Positions 49,913 through 63,320 of a DNA stretch of 64,000 bases are shown here, in pieces. The notes beneath the pieces are model-generated. The model was not told the DNA's origin. It did no database searches and saw only the letters and a program-made list of their open reading frames with translations. This DNA comes from Eledone cirrhosa. Taxonomy: Eukaryota. Every line of letters starts with the position of its first letter. The stretch's first letter is position 1. The stretch is taken from assembly GCA_964016885.1 (NCBI GenBank), contig OZ024741.1, positions 309,752,001 through 309,816,000 of the forward strand. Direction: 5' to 3'. The position numbers and the translations under genes were made by a program.

Positions 49913-50529
49913 ACCTAGAAGGATGAAAAGCAAAGTTGGTCTCAAAATGATTTTAATGCATATTGTTGGCAGAATTGATAGGGTGTTTGTTAAAATATCA
50001 TTATCATATTTTTTTCTGGCTTTTTACATTCTAAGTTCAAATCCCACCAAGGTCAACTTTACCTTTTGTACTTCCAGGATTGAAAAAATCAAGTACTAGT
50101 CAATTTAATTTAATCAACTTTGCCTTTCCCCAAAATTTGCTGGCCTTGTGCCTAAATTACACTTTTTAACACTGAAAAATTTCAATTTTTCAGTTCTCCA
50201 TTAGGATTTATTTTAAATATTTCATACATTTAATCTTTCTCTAAACCCTGTATTGGTAAGTCAATTTCCTCCTCCTACTCTTTCTTCTTCACTGAGTGGG
50301 TTGTGCAGGTAGAGTCCTCAGACATGCCTTCTAGAGGGTCTTATCCAAAACAATCATCTTCAAATGATTTGGCTGGATCCCCAAGTGAAACCAATCAAGG
50401 TTGTAGATGTTATCTAGCCATTTTGCTCGTGGTCTACTTCTGTAAAATATATCTAAGTTACTTGACAAACAGTGTAGTTTTTAATTTCTATTTACATATG
50501 TATATTATTTTGTTGATCTTATCCCTCAG

Positions 50530-50601
50530 ATACTGCTCAGCTGTGATAGTTCAGAAGAAAACCGAAAAGAAGGTTATGACCTAGTATTGAGAATAATCAA
50601 G
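50530..50601 (+). CDS. ZFYVE26: ZFYVE26 exon (ILLSCDSSEENRKEGYDLVLRIIK)
   Basis: cctcag / AAG|gtacta; 72 nt, phase 0-0. Confidence 0.82.
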
Positions 50602-50729
50602 GTACTAGTACTTGCCCCTGTGTATGTGTATGAATGTATATGTTTATAGCATGGCTGAATGATAAAGAGGTTTGCTTTGCAATCATTAGATCCCAGATTT
50701 GATCCACTGCATGGTATCCTGGTTCTTGT

Positions 50730-51918
50730 CATCATCATCATTTTACGTCCGCTTTTCCCTGCTTGCAAGGATGGGACAGTTCCTATTCAGCACAGCATCT
50801 CTCCATTTGTCACGGTCCTTTGTTATCTCTTCCGTGAGCTTCAGCGATCTGAGGTCAGCTCTCACCACCTCTGCCCATGATTTTCGTGGTCTTCCTTTAC
50901 TGCATCTTCCTTCCACTGGAATTTCTTGGCACTTCTTTACCCAGCAGTCATCCTCCATGCGTATCACATGTCCATACCAACGCAGTCTTCTCTCCCGCAC
51001 ACTACAGCTTATCCCTCTTATACACGGTTTCTCTCTCAACTCATCTATGCTTGGTTGTTCACACACATTGACATTGCACATCCAATCCTTCATTTCTCTC
51101 CACTCGTCGCATATCATCCGCTGTTGCTACGCATGTCTCACTACCATGCAGCATCATGCATCTCACACAGGCATCATATAACCAGCCTTTTGTTTGTAGG
51201 GAGAAACCCTTCTTTGTCAACAGAAGCAGCAGCTCCCTAAACTTCTTCCAACCTGTCCTTATTCTAGATACTATGGCCTCGGAGCACTCTCCTCCCTTGC
51301 TAATCACCTAGGTATCGGAAGCTATCAACCATGTCTATAGATCCTACCTGCATTTGAAAAATGTGTCTATCACTGCGAATTCTACTGTCAAATTTCCCTG
51401 AACATCTACTGCATATGTAGTTTTCCCTACCTGTTAGTTTACCTGCTATCCCACTACATCTCTTGTGTACCCAAGATCTGCATTATGTATATTCTATAGA
51501 ATTTATGCCAACTCCTTTTCTACATATTGAACATGGCCATTTCCCTGACGGAATCAGGGTTTTGTCCTCTTTTCTACTTATCAACACTTTAGTCTTAGCT
51601 AGGTTCACTCTCAGTCCTCTTGATTCCAACTGCTGTTTCCATAGTCAAAATTTATTCTCTACCTCCTCTACTGATTCTGTTATAAGTGCCAGATCGTCAG
51701 CATAGAGAAGTTCCCATGGGCAGCCTGTTTTAAACTCCTCTGTTATGACTTGGAGGACTATAATGAACAAGAGTGGGCTGAGGACTGAAGCCTGATGTAC
51801 TCCTACTTGTATCTGGAATTCCTCACTAAACTCCATTCCTACTCACACTTTACTGACAGCACCTCTGTACATAGCTTGTAGTCTTCACAATCCATTCCTC
51901 AACACCTAGTTTCCTTAG
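50730..51918 (-). mobile_element. RTE subfamily A, 5'-truncated and degenerate
   Basis: GVHQASVLSPLLF, LLYADDL, PHD region, RLRWYGHV, ...REKRT* + (atg)n; closely matches 1-905. Confidence 0.92.
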
Positions 51919-51935
51919 GTATATATATATATACA

Positions 51936-52272
51936 TGTGAGTTCAATTCTCAGACTGGGTGATGTGTTGTTTCCTTGAGCAAGACACTTTATTTCACATT
52001 GCTCCAGTTTACTCAACTGTAGAAATGAGATGATAGGACTGGGGTCCCTATCATTCCACTGCAAAGTGGTCGTGGAGGTGCCACGGCAAAAAAGCACACA
52101 GCCCACACTGTAAAGTGGACATGAAGGCGCCACGGAAAAAAGCACTCAGCACTCACTGTAAATGAGGTTGGTGTTAGGAAGGGCATCCAGCTGTAGAAAT
52201 CAAGCCAAAATCAGTTCCCATCCCACCCTTGCAAGCAGGGAAAAACGGACGTAAAATGATGATGATGATGAT
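51936..52272 (+). mobile_element. SINE family 1, 5'-truncated, with an extra internal ~46-bp unit
   Basis: Body near-identical to the 3' UTR at 9070-9220; RTE-A tail. Confidence 0.85.
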
Positions 52273-52915
52273 ATATTTAAAGTGAAGGGAACCAAAGTTT
52301 TTTAATTAAATACATCTTTAATATCTATAATTGTTTCTATACAGGCGATAAGCTTGCATGTATATACAAAATCTGCATAATTACTGTTGTGGCTTTTGGA
52401 TTGTTTGTTTTTCTCTCTGTATGTCATGGCATATCACTTTTTCCAATGCTTATATGAAATAATCTATCCTACCTTATGCCTCATAATCCTAGAAAAATAC
52501 TTCTCTATAATTACCGCCGTATACCTCCACCCGCTTCGCCTGCTTTTTTTCATTGCTGATCTCTATACAGCACTTGCTATTGTTAATGTTCTTGGTATGT
52601 GTTTTTGTTGAATTCAATCCTTGTTAATGCTCCTGATGATATGATGGTGTGTTTCTATATTGTGTGAATAATAGTCAGTTAATTATAACTGATTGATTCA
52701 TTGTTTGCATATACATGCAAGCTTATGACCTGTATTGAAACAATTTAGGTATAAACTACATTTTTGAATTTGAAGCATTAACTGTGAATAGAATGAACTG
52801 TGAAGTGTAAACACTTTTAACTATTCCTCTGTTCACAAAAAAACATAAGTGATTATTATTATGCTTGCATTTTAGAGGTTATTAGAACTTCTATGATTCT
52901 GTGTTTCTGCCTTAA

Positions 52916-53136
52916 CCCTTTAGCATTTAAACCGGCTGTATCTGGCCAGAATTCTTTCACCTCTTCCTGTTCAAACCGACTGTAACTGGCTGCTCATACT
53001 TATGTTAAGGTATTGTTCTCTAAATAAATAATATCAAAATCTCATGGATTCGATATTATGTGAGATAATTATGTGAGGTAAAGCCTTTACGATGAAAATC
53101 CAGTAGTATATATAGAGTAATGTAAATGCTAAAGGG
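52916..53136 (+). mobile_element. 221-bp piggyBac-type MITE, copy 3
   Basis: Same TIRs and TTAA TSD; ends 49 nt upstream of the exon at 53186. Confidence 0.9.
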
Positions 53137-53185
53137 TTAAGTCTACACCATCTATTTTTTATTTACTATTTTTTTTTTCCTACAG

Positions 53186-53377
53186 GAATACAGATTGGAC
53201 AAAAAGACAGCCTTCTGCCATGTCGGCCGTGGCTTAGTTAAACTTCATCGCTACAACGACATCAAATTCTTGGTGAACTGGATCGCTGTCAATAAACTGG
53301 GAGACAGCAGGATGTGTGATGCTGTCCTCGATGCTTGTTTGGTAGGCATTGCAGACAAAAGGCACACATTTACTGAG
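53186..53377 (+). CDS. ZFYVE26: ZFYVE26 exon (EYRLDKKTAFCHVGRGLV...HTFTE)
   Basis: ctacag / GAG|gtaata; 192 nt. Confidence 0.88.
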
Positions 53378-55469
53378 GTAATAAAGATTTTTATTTCTAC
53401 TATGCTGCAGTGAATTGGTAGTCATGGGGTCGATAAAATAAAGTACCAGCAATACACTGGGATAATTGTTGGCCTTGTGCCAAAAGTAGAAACAATTATA
53501 ACATTGGATAGAATGCCATGCAGTATTTGTTCCTGCTCTCTACAATCTCTGAGTTAAAATCCTGCTGAGGTCAACTTTGCCTTGCATCATTTCAAGGTCG
53601 ATATATAAAGTTCCTGTCCAGTAGCATGGTTGATTCTTCTTCTATATCACTTTATTACTTCCTCTCTCTCACTATCTCTCTCCTTTCCTGAAAGAAAACA
53701 GCTGTATTCAAACCTGGAGAGTGATGGGCTCCACCAAGTTTAAAGTGTTGATCCACCATCTTACAAAATATATGGAGACCTCAAACTCTTTTTGCCAACA
53801 CATTTCCATTTTCTTTGAGTTAATAACATGGTTATAGATTTATTTATACTGAAGAAGAGGTGGATTGTGATTGCATAAACTTGAAGATATACCTGGCACT
53901 TATTTTATCAGCCCTGGAGAGATGTATAGGTTTCAATTCAGTATATAGAGTGATGGAGCTAAATTCTACAAATATTATTATTGTTTAACTCTAGATCAAT
54001 CTAGACTAAGCAAATTTCTCATGAAAAGCATTCCATCCATGATCCTCGTGTATTTCTATATGTATCTGGAACTATATGATCTAATATTTCCTTCCTTGAT
54101 TAAGATAAGGGGGTGTCATTTGTTATAGACTTAACTACTATTTTTAGTGACTGTATAGCAGCTTAGTCTGCAAATATTTAGTTTGTTGATGTATTGTTTC
54201 TGTCTATACATCAGCTCACAACTCACCAGTGAAGTAATAAGTCTTTATAATATAGTCACACACCCAGAAATTGGGGAAAGGGTTCTATGGTTAATTTTAT
54301 CAATCTCACTATTTGACTGACACATGTTATTAACAATTAAAACATCATCATCCTCATCATCACTATTTAATGTCCATTTTCTATGCTTGAATGGGTTAGA
54401 TGGATTTCCATGTATTGAGGCTTGACTGGCCAGGTGACTATGTCTTGCTAGCACGCTTTGTTTTCAATGGCTGAATGCCCTTCCTAACACCAAATACTTT
54501 ATAGTATTAGGAGCATTTTATCATAACTCTAGTACTACCACCTTATAGGGAGAACTGAGTGCTTTTTTTGTCCTAGCACAAGTACGACCATCATACAGGT
54601 GAACCAGGTGCTTTTCACTGTAGCACCAGCACTATATAGGGGGAACTGAATGCTTTTTGTCATAGCACCAGTAAAACCACCTTACAGGGTGGACTGGGTG
54701 CCTCCACTGTGGCACCAGCACTACCACCTTACTGGGTGATCTGGGTACTTTGCACCATGGAACCAGCACTAATGAAATGTAATGTTCATCATGTCAATAT
54801 TTCACCCAGAACATAAACAGGAATAAATACTGCAAGATATTTTTATCTGGTGCTCTATTGATTCTGTTAATCCATCACCCTATTCAAAGAAGATAACTTT
54901 ATTTCAAACCTCTACAATAGGGCCAATTAAGAAACTTCACAGGTTCAGTATTATACTGAATGCCAAGAGCTGTAATAATAATGATGAGGTTCTAATCATC
55001 ATCACACTGCCACCTCTGACGACAAAACTTTTTGATTTCAATAAAACCTTTTTTTTTGTGTATGTGGGGTTCTAGAAATTGACCTAGTGTTTACTCTTCA
55101 CCTATTTTTTCAACCACAGAAGTACAAAAAGCAAAGTTGACCCAATCAGGATTTCAACTAAAAACATCAGAATTGGCTTTCCCTGCTACCATGGGTTGGA
55201 TGGTGTCTTTACTGCCCATATCCTTAGAGTTACTGCTCTTCTGGAAGGGTTGGAAGACCACAGCTCACTCATAAACTCTATTTTTGCATTATTTCTATGG
55301 CCGCATACTCTAGCTAGCATCAACCACTTTACATAGTATACTGAGTTTATTTTATTGTAGCACTAGCATAAAGATGTTGTTATGTCCTTAAAACTAAAGA
55401 GCTTTCTCTACACCACATTATCTCTGTTTAATCATCAACCAGTTTATTTTTAAAATAATAACAATAATA

Positions 55470-55690
55470 ATAGTTTCTACATTTGACACAAGACCAGCAA
55501 TTTGAAGGGAAAGGAAAGTCAATTAAATCAACCCCAGTGCATTACTGGTACTTTATTTTATCGACCCCCATTAGAATGAAAGGCAAAGTTAACCTCAGCA
55601 GGATTTGAACTCAACGTAAAGTGCCATAATTCTATGCCACAAAGCATATTGTCCGACGTTCCACCGATACTGCCAATCCACTGCTCTTAC
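55470..55690 (-). mobile_element. SINE family 2 copy
   Basis: Reverse complement of the family 2 head, core and tail. Confidence 0.8.
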
Positions 55691-55783
55691 ATAATAATGA
55701 TAATAATAGTAATAATGGTTTCTTTCACCTTGCAAATAGTTATGATAGTGATAACATCAAAAACAACTTATTTTACATTTCAG

Positions 55784-55840
55784 ACTCAACTGAAGGAATC
55801 TGGAAGCCTTATTGACTATATCAAAGCAGATTCTAATAAA
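55784..55840 (+). CDS. ZFYVE26: ZFYVE26 exon (TQLKESGSLIDYIKADSNK)
   Basis: tttcag / AAA|gtaagt; 57 nt. Confidence 0.85.
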
Positions 55841-56330
55841 GTAAGTATTTCTTCTTTTTCTCTTCTCCCCACTCTCTCTCTCTCTGCTTTTAGAATAGGT
55901 ACACCATCCATATCCTTGTATGTCATAAAAGACAACAAAAAAAGGTTTGTGTTAGGAAGGGCATCCAACTGTAAAACATTGTCTCTAAACATTCTGTCTT
56001 AACTCATGCCTGCATGGAAAAGTGGACATAAAAACACACACATTCAAGATATCCCAAAAGCAAGCATTTAGTTTAAAAAATAAGGTTCCAGCTCACCACT
56101 TCTATAACTTATTTCTATCTATAAGAATAGTACCTGTTCCTTGGATACCTTTAGTAGACTTCACATTGTTGCAAGTACTATATACACATATAAGAATATG
56201 ACACCTCGTGATAGAAAATAAACTAATAGAATGTAGTGTAGATATAAATACAGTAAACCTTTGATTTAATGGACTAGTAAGAGAAAGGTAATTTCTATTG
56301 TTTTTAATATAAAAAAAATACTTTTAACTC

Positions 56331-56804
56331 TTCTTCTTCTTCATCTACTTATTCCTGAGAGGGTCATGGGGGCAGAGTCCTCAAACACTCCTTCCAGCAG
56401 GTCCTGTTAGAAGCAACTGTCTCCAACTGATCCAGCTGAATCCCCCAGCGAGACCAGCCAAGCTCATGGATGTTATCCAACAATCTTGCTCGGGGTCTAC
56501 GCTTGGGTCTCCTACCTGTTGGTTTCGCCTATAAAATCTGTCCAGCGATTCTTTCCTGAGACATTCGAACCACATCCCCATAGTATCGGAGCTGTGATCT
56601 CTCAATTCTGACCTCCGAGCTACTCACTTTATTGAGTAACATTACTCTAAAGACCCTTCAAAGAAACCCCATTTCGGCCTCCTGTGTTCGCAATTGTATT
56701 CTTTTGATCATTACCCAAGATTCATGACCATAGATAAAGGTTGGCATGAATACTGAAATGAAGATAGCGAGTTTGGCTTTTAGACCTACCGCTCTTCTTC
56801 TGAT
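56331..56804 (-). mobile_element. Expander/Rex3-like RTE 3' fragment with (GAA)n tail and TSD
   Basis: - strand SVFMPTFIYGHESWVMIKRIQLRTQEAEMGFL; ttttaactc duplicated at 56322-56330 and 56805-56813. Confidence 0.7.
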
Positions 56805-57569
56805 TTTTAACTCCTATGATGATTTAATAGAATATGTCTTAGAAACAGGTTTTTTTAATTTAAATGTATATAGTATATTTAATAGAGGAAAGATTATTGT
56901 GAAAAATTTGCAGTATTAGAGTGAATATTTTAATTTTGAATGTGATGCACAGTGCAGTTTTGTACTTTTCATTGATAAGTGTTATGTTGTGACCATAGTG
57001 GTAGTACAGTATTGTATTATTATTTGGTTCATTATATCTGAAATCCATTATATCAGTGTCTGATAAAAATCAAGAGTTTATTGAATACATTATCATCTTT
57101 ATTTAACATCCACTTTCCCTGCTGGCAATGGTTGGATGGGTCATCAACATACTGGACCAATACTCAAAGCAAAAGTACTGATCTCATAGAGGGCTGGGAA
57201 CCAGCATCTTGCTTACATTCCTGTACCCTACCAAGTGATCAAATGGGTCAGCAACCTGTGACTTACAATCCCATGTGCTACTAAGTACATTTTATCATGA
57301 CACCAGTACTAGGGAGGTTGTCATGTCTTTGATGTCATTGACACAACTAAAGAGTTCTCACAACCCTGTTTGGCAGGTTTTCTATTGCTGGATGCCTTTC
57401 TTAAAGTACACCTTAAAGAGTGAAAGAATGTACTAGGAGCATTTCATCTGTAATCACCAACATTACGGAGGTTAGCTAAGATTCCTCCTGACCCTTTGGT
57501 TTTGCCAAAAGGTCATGAGGAATCTAAGTTGTAAAAAGAAAACGTTTTATCTCTAAAGTTGAGGTTTAA

Positions 57570-58198
57570 TCCTTTTAATACCAAACCATCTGAAACCACC
57601 TCTGGTTCTTCAATACAAAGCTGTTTATCTTAATGTGTTTATTTTTATCTTAATGTGTTTATTTTTATCTAAAAACCTTTCATTATAATTTTATCTAAGA
57701 ACCTTTATTAAGCTATTGATACAAACATTACATTAACTTAATAATGAGAAACTAGTTGTATTACTAAATCTCTCCAAATTACTGATTATTTTCAAAATTA
57801 TTTGAAAATCTCTGACATTAGAAATATGATTGTGGGACTAGGGAACTGGAAGTGCAGGGGAGGTCTTGCCGAAAGTGAGGGGCCAGTGATGTCAGATCGG
57901 AAGTGCAGGGGAGGTCTTGCTGAAAGTGAGGGGCCACTGATGTCAGATCGTAAGTGCAGGGGAGGTCTTGCTGAAAGTGAGGGGTTAGTGATGTCAGATC
58001 GGAAGTGCGGGCTGTTTTCCTCTTTCGGTCCATGGGCAGCATTTTGTGTGGACATCTGGTGCAAATGAATGTATGAGATTTGCTATGTTCTCCGGCTAGA
58101 CACAAAATAGGTGAACACCACGTAGGGAGATTCAGTCCAGACTTCTGTGGAGACAAAGGTAGGTCTCTTCACCTTTTACGACAATGATAATGAAAGGA
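57570..58198. mobile_element. TTAA-flanked MITE of the 33788 family carrying a ~370-bp insert
   Basis: TTAA|tccttttaatacc...gataatgaaagga|TTAA; internal ataatgagaaa...tactaaatc.ctccaaat shared with 33788-34028. Confidence 0.6.
57848..58010. repeat. 51-bp GC-rich tandem repeat (~3.1 copies)
   Basis: aagtgcaggggaggtcttg... starts at 57850, 57901, 57952, 58003. Confidence 0.9.
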
Positions 58199-58261
58199 TT
58201 AATAGTTTGAATATTATAATTTAATTAACAACTCATCTGAGACATAATATTTCTGTTTCAG

Positions 58262-58426
58262 ATCAATGCATATATCCTGTTGGGGAAACTTAAGACTGCA
58301 TATCTTTTGGCTGTGAAAAGCAATAACACTGAGGAAATCCGCCGTATCGGACGAGAAGCCAGTCGAGTAGGCCAAATGTCTGTGAAAAATATCTGTGATC
58401 GCTATCTGCTTCAACAGAAACCCTAA
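58262..58426 (+). CDS. ZFYVE26: ZFYVE26 terminal coding exon (INAYILLGKLKTAYLLAVK...ICDRYLLQQKP*)
   Basis: tttcag acceptor, KLxxAYLxAVK motif, TAA at 58424-58426. Confidence 0.93.
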   Translation: MNAYILLGKLKTAYLLAVKSNNTEEIRRIGREASRVGQMSVKNICDRYLLQQKP

Positions 58427-58536
58427 TTCAACATAATATATATAAGGGTTTTTGTTCGTTTTGAATTTTTTTTTTCACTGTGCAAGTATGATTTTTAAAA
58501 AAATATTTTTCAAAGGAGAATTTAGTGGATGAACTG

Positions 58537-58546
58537 AATAAATAAA
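58537..58546 (+). promoter_or_regulatory. Candidate polyadenylation signals (overlapping AATAAA x2)
   Basis: aataaataaa ~110 nt after the stop codon; the AT-rich background makes this weak. Confidence 0.35.
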
Positions 58547-59495
58547 CAAGATTGTTCAGAGATTAAATAATTGAAAGATACTGTCCACATGAGAAACAGG
58601 CAGTGTTTTGAGAGATTCATTCGAGTGTAAAATAAAATGCCTGGTATTTGTTCCAGTTCTTTGTGCTCTGAGTTCATATTCTGCCAAGGTCAACTTTGCC
58701 TTTCATCTTTTATGGGTCTTTAATGTAAAGTTTCTAGTCAAGGGCATTGGACTGGCAGAATTTGGTAATTCAGGAAATTACAAAATTGTATTGAATTAAT
58801 GAGACAAATTTTTAAAAAGTAAGAAAACTGTGGAGAATTTGATTGAAAAGATAAAAAAAATACACGAAGACTTATTTCGTTGGATTTGATTATTTTTTAA
58901 AATGTGTTAAAAGCGGAAAAAAGTAAAATCTTCCATTTCTATGAAATGATGCATTGAATAAATTTTTCTTCTCGTAATAAATGGGCTTCCAGAAACCATT
59001 CCCAAAATGTTATGCTTGTGTGTATGACTCTGTGTGTGTATATATGTATGTGTGTGTTTGTGTGTGTATTTTAAGTTACATGCTTAGTAGTCAAAGTATA
59101 CGATAAATGTATGTGTGTATATAAACTTAGATGGCATAAATGTGTATATAAATATACATATTCAGGATATAGACATATGTTTGAAATTCAGCTATTTCCC
59201 AGTATTTTTTCAATATAGAGGAAATACCTATATTTTGCATGTTTACATGTCTATATACTCAATGTGTAAATTTATAAACACATTTACAGTCTGTTACCAC
59301 TGTACTCCATGGATACAAATATAAATTGATTATATGTATGTGTCAATAAATGCATACACAGAGACTTATATATGTTTGGTGTCAACTTTATGTCGAGCCA
59401 GATAAGACTACACACACACATATATATGTGTGTGTTTGTATATAAATAGCGAGACACAAAGCAGGCTTTGTTTACAAACGGCTAGCGAATTTGAA

Positions 59496-59718
59496 AATTA
59501 GGTAGTAACATTTGCTTACGCCGTATTTGACTACATAGAATTAGTCTGTTAGTTGAGATTTAAAAAAACCCCTCTGAATGGAAAAAAAGGATGAATATTG
59601 ACGTACATGGGACACGAACCAACATCTTTTTTTCCCTTCAGAAGGCTTTTTAAAATCCTAACTAACAGACTAATTCTATTTAGTCAAATACGGCGTAAGC
59701 ACATGTTACTACCTAATT
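59496..59718. repeat. Long inverted repeat (~97-bp arms, 29-bp spacer), TA-flanked
   Basis: aattaggtagtaaca.tgcttacgccgtatttgacta... / ...tagtcaaatacggcgtaagcacatgttactacctaatt. Confidence 0.85.
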
Positions 59719-61697
59719 ATATATATATATATGGGTGTGTGTGTGTGTATGTATATATATATATGTTGTGTTGTATGCTGGGATGCAGTGGATATATTGA
59801 ACTTCTGGTAATCCTGCCACTATTTCTAACTGGTTTACAGGTCACTCTAGTCATGATTGCTAAATACCCTGTTTCATCATCATCATATTTTACTTTCTAT
59901 TTTCCATGCTTGCATGGGATAGTCTGGTTGTCACATACATTGACGTCTTGCTTGTATGCTCCATTTTTGGCTTGGTTTCTACATGCTAACCTTCCTAATG
60001 CTAACCATGTTATATCGTGTACTGGCATCATTTTATTATGACTTCACACTACCACCTAACAGAATGCTCTGGAGGCTTTTTGTCATGGCACCAGCACTAC
60101 CATCTAACAAGGTGGAGTGGGTGCTTTTTGTCATGGCACCAGTGCTACAGTTAATAAATTCTTAAGCAAGAAATGTTTGTGGGGACAATATCATTTGACC
60201 AGGGTAAAGTCCATTGACCAGCAGAAGAGATGAAACAGTGTCATTTCTACATCACCTTTCTAATTTCTGGATGTTACTGTCAAGACTCCATTTATCAAAC
60301 TGTGTAAAGATGAACTGCCTGAGCACAGCTTAGTGTAAAGGAAAGCAATGTTGTAAATTCATATTCTACTGCCCAAATATATTTAGTTAAAGTCTATTTG
60401 GTGCTTATCGAAATTTCATGAGGTGTTAAGCAACTGATAGACTCTCCTCTGGATGAGACCTGTGTATGTTGCAAAGTTAATCCTAGCTGCAGCTGCTACT
60501 CAGTATCAGCTGATTCAACTGAAGTAATGTGAAATAATACACCTTGATTAGGGATACAATGCACAATCCAGTCTAGAAATTGAACCTATGACCTTGTGAT
60601 CATGAGCACAACACACTAACTACAAGGCATGCTTCACCACTACTGCTAAGTAAGCAATGATTAGACAAGGTGAAAATGACAGCTAGAGAACACTGTTACT
60701 CGAGACTATACAATTAATATGAAGGTTTAGGAGAATTTTCTATCTATTACTCCAGAAAATAATTCTAAATTGGTGAAGAACTGGCATTATTCTCCATTCT
60801 TGACCAGCCATAAAACCATGCCAGTTATTTAAGGATGGTGAAACATTTTGTTTCACTAAAAATTAAATCACACACACACACACATATATATATATAATAT
60901 TATTTATTTATGTTCATACATGGAACAAAAGTGCTACCCAAGGTTTCAAGGCCCAATATCGACTTAATCTTCAGGCCCTTATATGTACGTGTGTATATGT
61001 GCATGTGTGTGCCTGTGGAGCTTTTCTTATCCTTCACTGATTTATTTTATTTATTTTTTGTTTTTATTTTCCCAAGCCACATTTATTAGGTTTCCCTCCC
61101 TTTTTTTTTTTCGTCCTTGAGAGTTCCATTGAAAAAAACAACTCTTACTATTCCACTGATAATCTGTGATTTACAATTTACGTAATGAAAAAGAAAAACC
61201 CAACAAATTACTCAAATTTATTTTTTTATATATTTTTTTTAATTTTCCAATCTGTGTTCATTGTTACAAAAATGTCAGGTTGTTGTATATAAAATGTTAG
61301 CATAATGTATATATGTAAAATGTATGGGCTCCATCATCACTACATGAGTAAAAGAATGTAATGTGTGTGTGTATGTTAAAATGTGGTATGAAGTATGTTT
61401 GTTATGTCTCATACACACACACAAACACACATCTTTTAATTAGATATACCTTTAATTTATTTTTGGTTTATTATGACAATTTAGGTGAATCACAATCAAT
61501 TGAAACCTCACCCCAACTCCCTTGCTTCCTTCCGAGTATATCATTGTTGTTACCTAACTTATCAATCTTTGATGACTGAAGGATTAAGACAATCCTTGGT
61601 GTGGTTTGAATGCAGAACGAGTTTAACAGTATATAACATTTCCAATACAACAACCTGATATTATTTTATTAGTCTACTTTTTACTTGGTTCAGCAAA

Positions 61698-61761
<64 letters not shown>

Positions 61762-63039
61762 GTGTATGTATATATATGCATAAAACATCTGAAGTTCATT
61801 TTACTATTTGATGGAGAGGAAAAAAAAAAAGTGGATGATTTAATTGAAAAAGCAATAAAATTTAAAATACATTTAATGGAATTTGTTCTCTTGTTCTTTT
61901 ACTGATTTTAGTCATTAGACTAGTCATGTTAGGACACAGCCTTGATTTAGTCAATCATATTGATCTGGGTACCTGTTTTTCAGGTTTAATACTTATCACT
62001 GATCCCTTTTTTATTTAACTGCTAAATGACAAGACATTAACACAAATACTGATACAGAAGGACACCCCCACACCCACACATTCATGTATTATGGGTTTCT
62101 GCTGTTTCTGTCTGCTGAATTCCACTTAGAATGCATTGGTCAATCCACAGCTATAGTAGAAGATACTAGCACAAGCAGCTTCACAATGGGACTGAAATAA
62201 AACCAAGTGAAAGCAAAATAAACTACTTAACAACTTGGCCATGTTGACACCTGAAATGTTTTTTTATTTTATTTTTTCCTACCAGAAGATAGCTTCTAAT
62301 CTATGGGTAAATAAAGAAATAGAGAGAAAGTGATGTCCGAATGATTATTCTCCACCTCCAACTAACTTACTCTCTGCCGCTCAGTCCTTATGGGTTATGA
62401 TATAATTCTGAAAGAATTGCAAAGATAGTCTTTTACTGTTGTAATATTTGATAAAATATTCATGCATGAGACTTTAACTCTTGATTGACTTGTAGGGATG
62501 TGGTAGTGATATACATTTTTTTAATTTTCTAGATGATTTTGAAAATAGTCAAGAATCTTATTTTGTTCTCTGTTATACATAAACAGAATTAAGTAATGAA
62601 AAAACAAGAGGATAGATCTGACTGTATAGGAAAGTAAAGGAAAGGACTATAAATGCCATAAAAATCCTCACTATGAAAAGAATGAAGTGTAAACACTTTC
62701 AGTTATTTCTCTCTTTATTCTCAGAAACACCCCTTCCTCTCCTACTCTTACAAATCCCACCACCCCATTACACTTATCGTACACACAGTCTAATGAGACA
62801 AGCAACTTGCTGAAAGTCTAAAAGTTTGATTTCCACTCCTTCCTCTAATAGAAAATATTGTACCATGGTAGATACAAATTTTGAATCTTTTCAGTTTGAA
62901 GAATCTGAAAGTGAAAAGAGTGCACCTTTGTTAAGTCTTCTTAGCACTTCTGCTGCTAAGGGAAGAATTTGGCAGCACTGAGCCTTGGTTTAATTAAATT
63001 TGCTATGAGTTTGGAATAGCAATCAGCATTTTAAAAATA

Positions 63040-63320
63040 TTAGTGCCACAATAAAAAGCACCCAACCCACTCTGTTGGTAGTGCTGGTGCTACAAGAAAA
63101 AGCACCCAGTCCATCCAGTAAAGTGGTAGTGGTGGTGCTATGAAAAAGCATCCAGTACATGTAATGTTGGCATTAGGAAGGACACCCACCTATAGAAAAC
63201 CAAGTCAAAATTGGGTCATATGGGCAAGATGTGGTCACCTGACCTGTCTGGCCTCATGACAGCCCATCTAACCCATGCAAGCATAGAAAATAGACATTAA
63301 ATGGTAATGATGATGATAGC
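63040..63320 (+). mobile_element. Older SINE/RTE-UTR-type retroposon with tandem ~45-bp units and (atg)n tail
   Basis: gtgctggtgc..aaaaagcacccag units, ttaggaaggg, taacccatgcaagcat..gacattaaatg. Confidence 0.65.
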
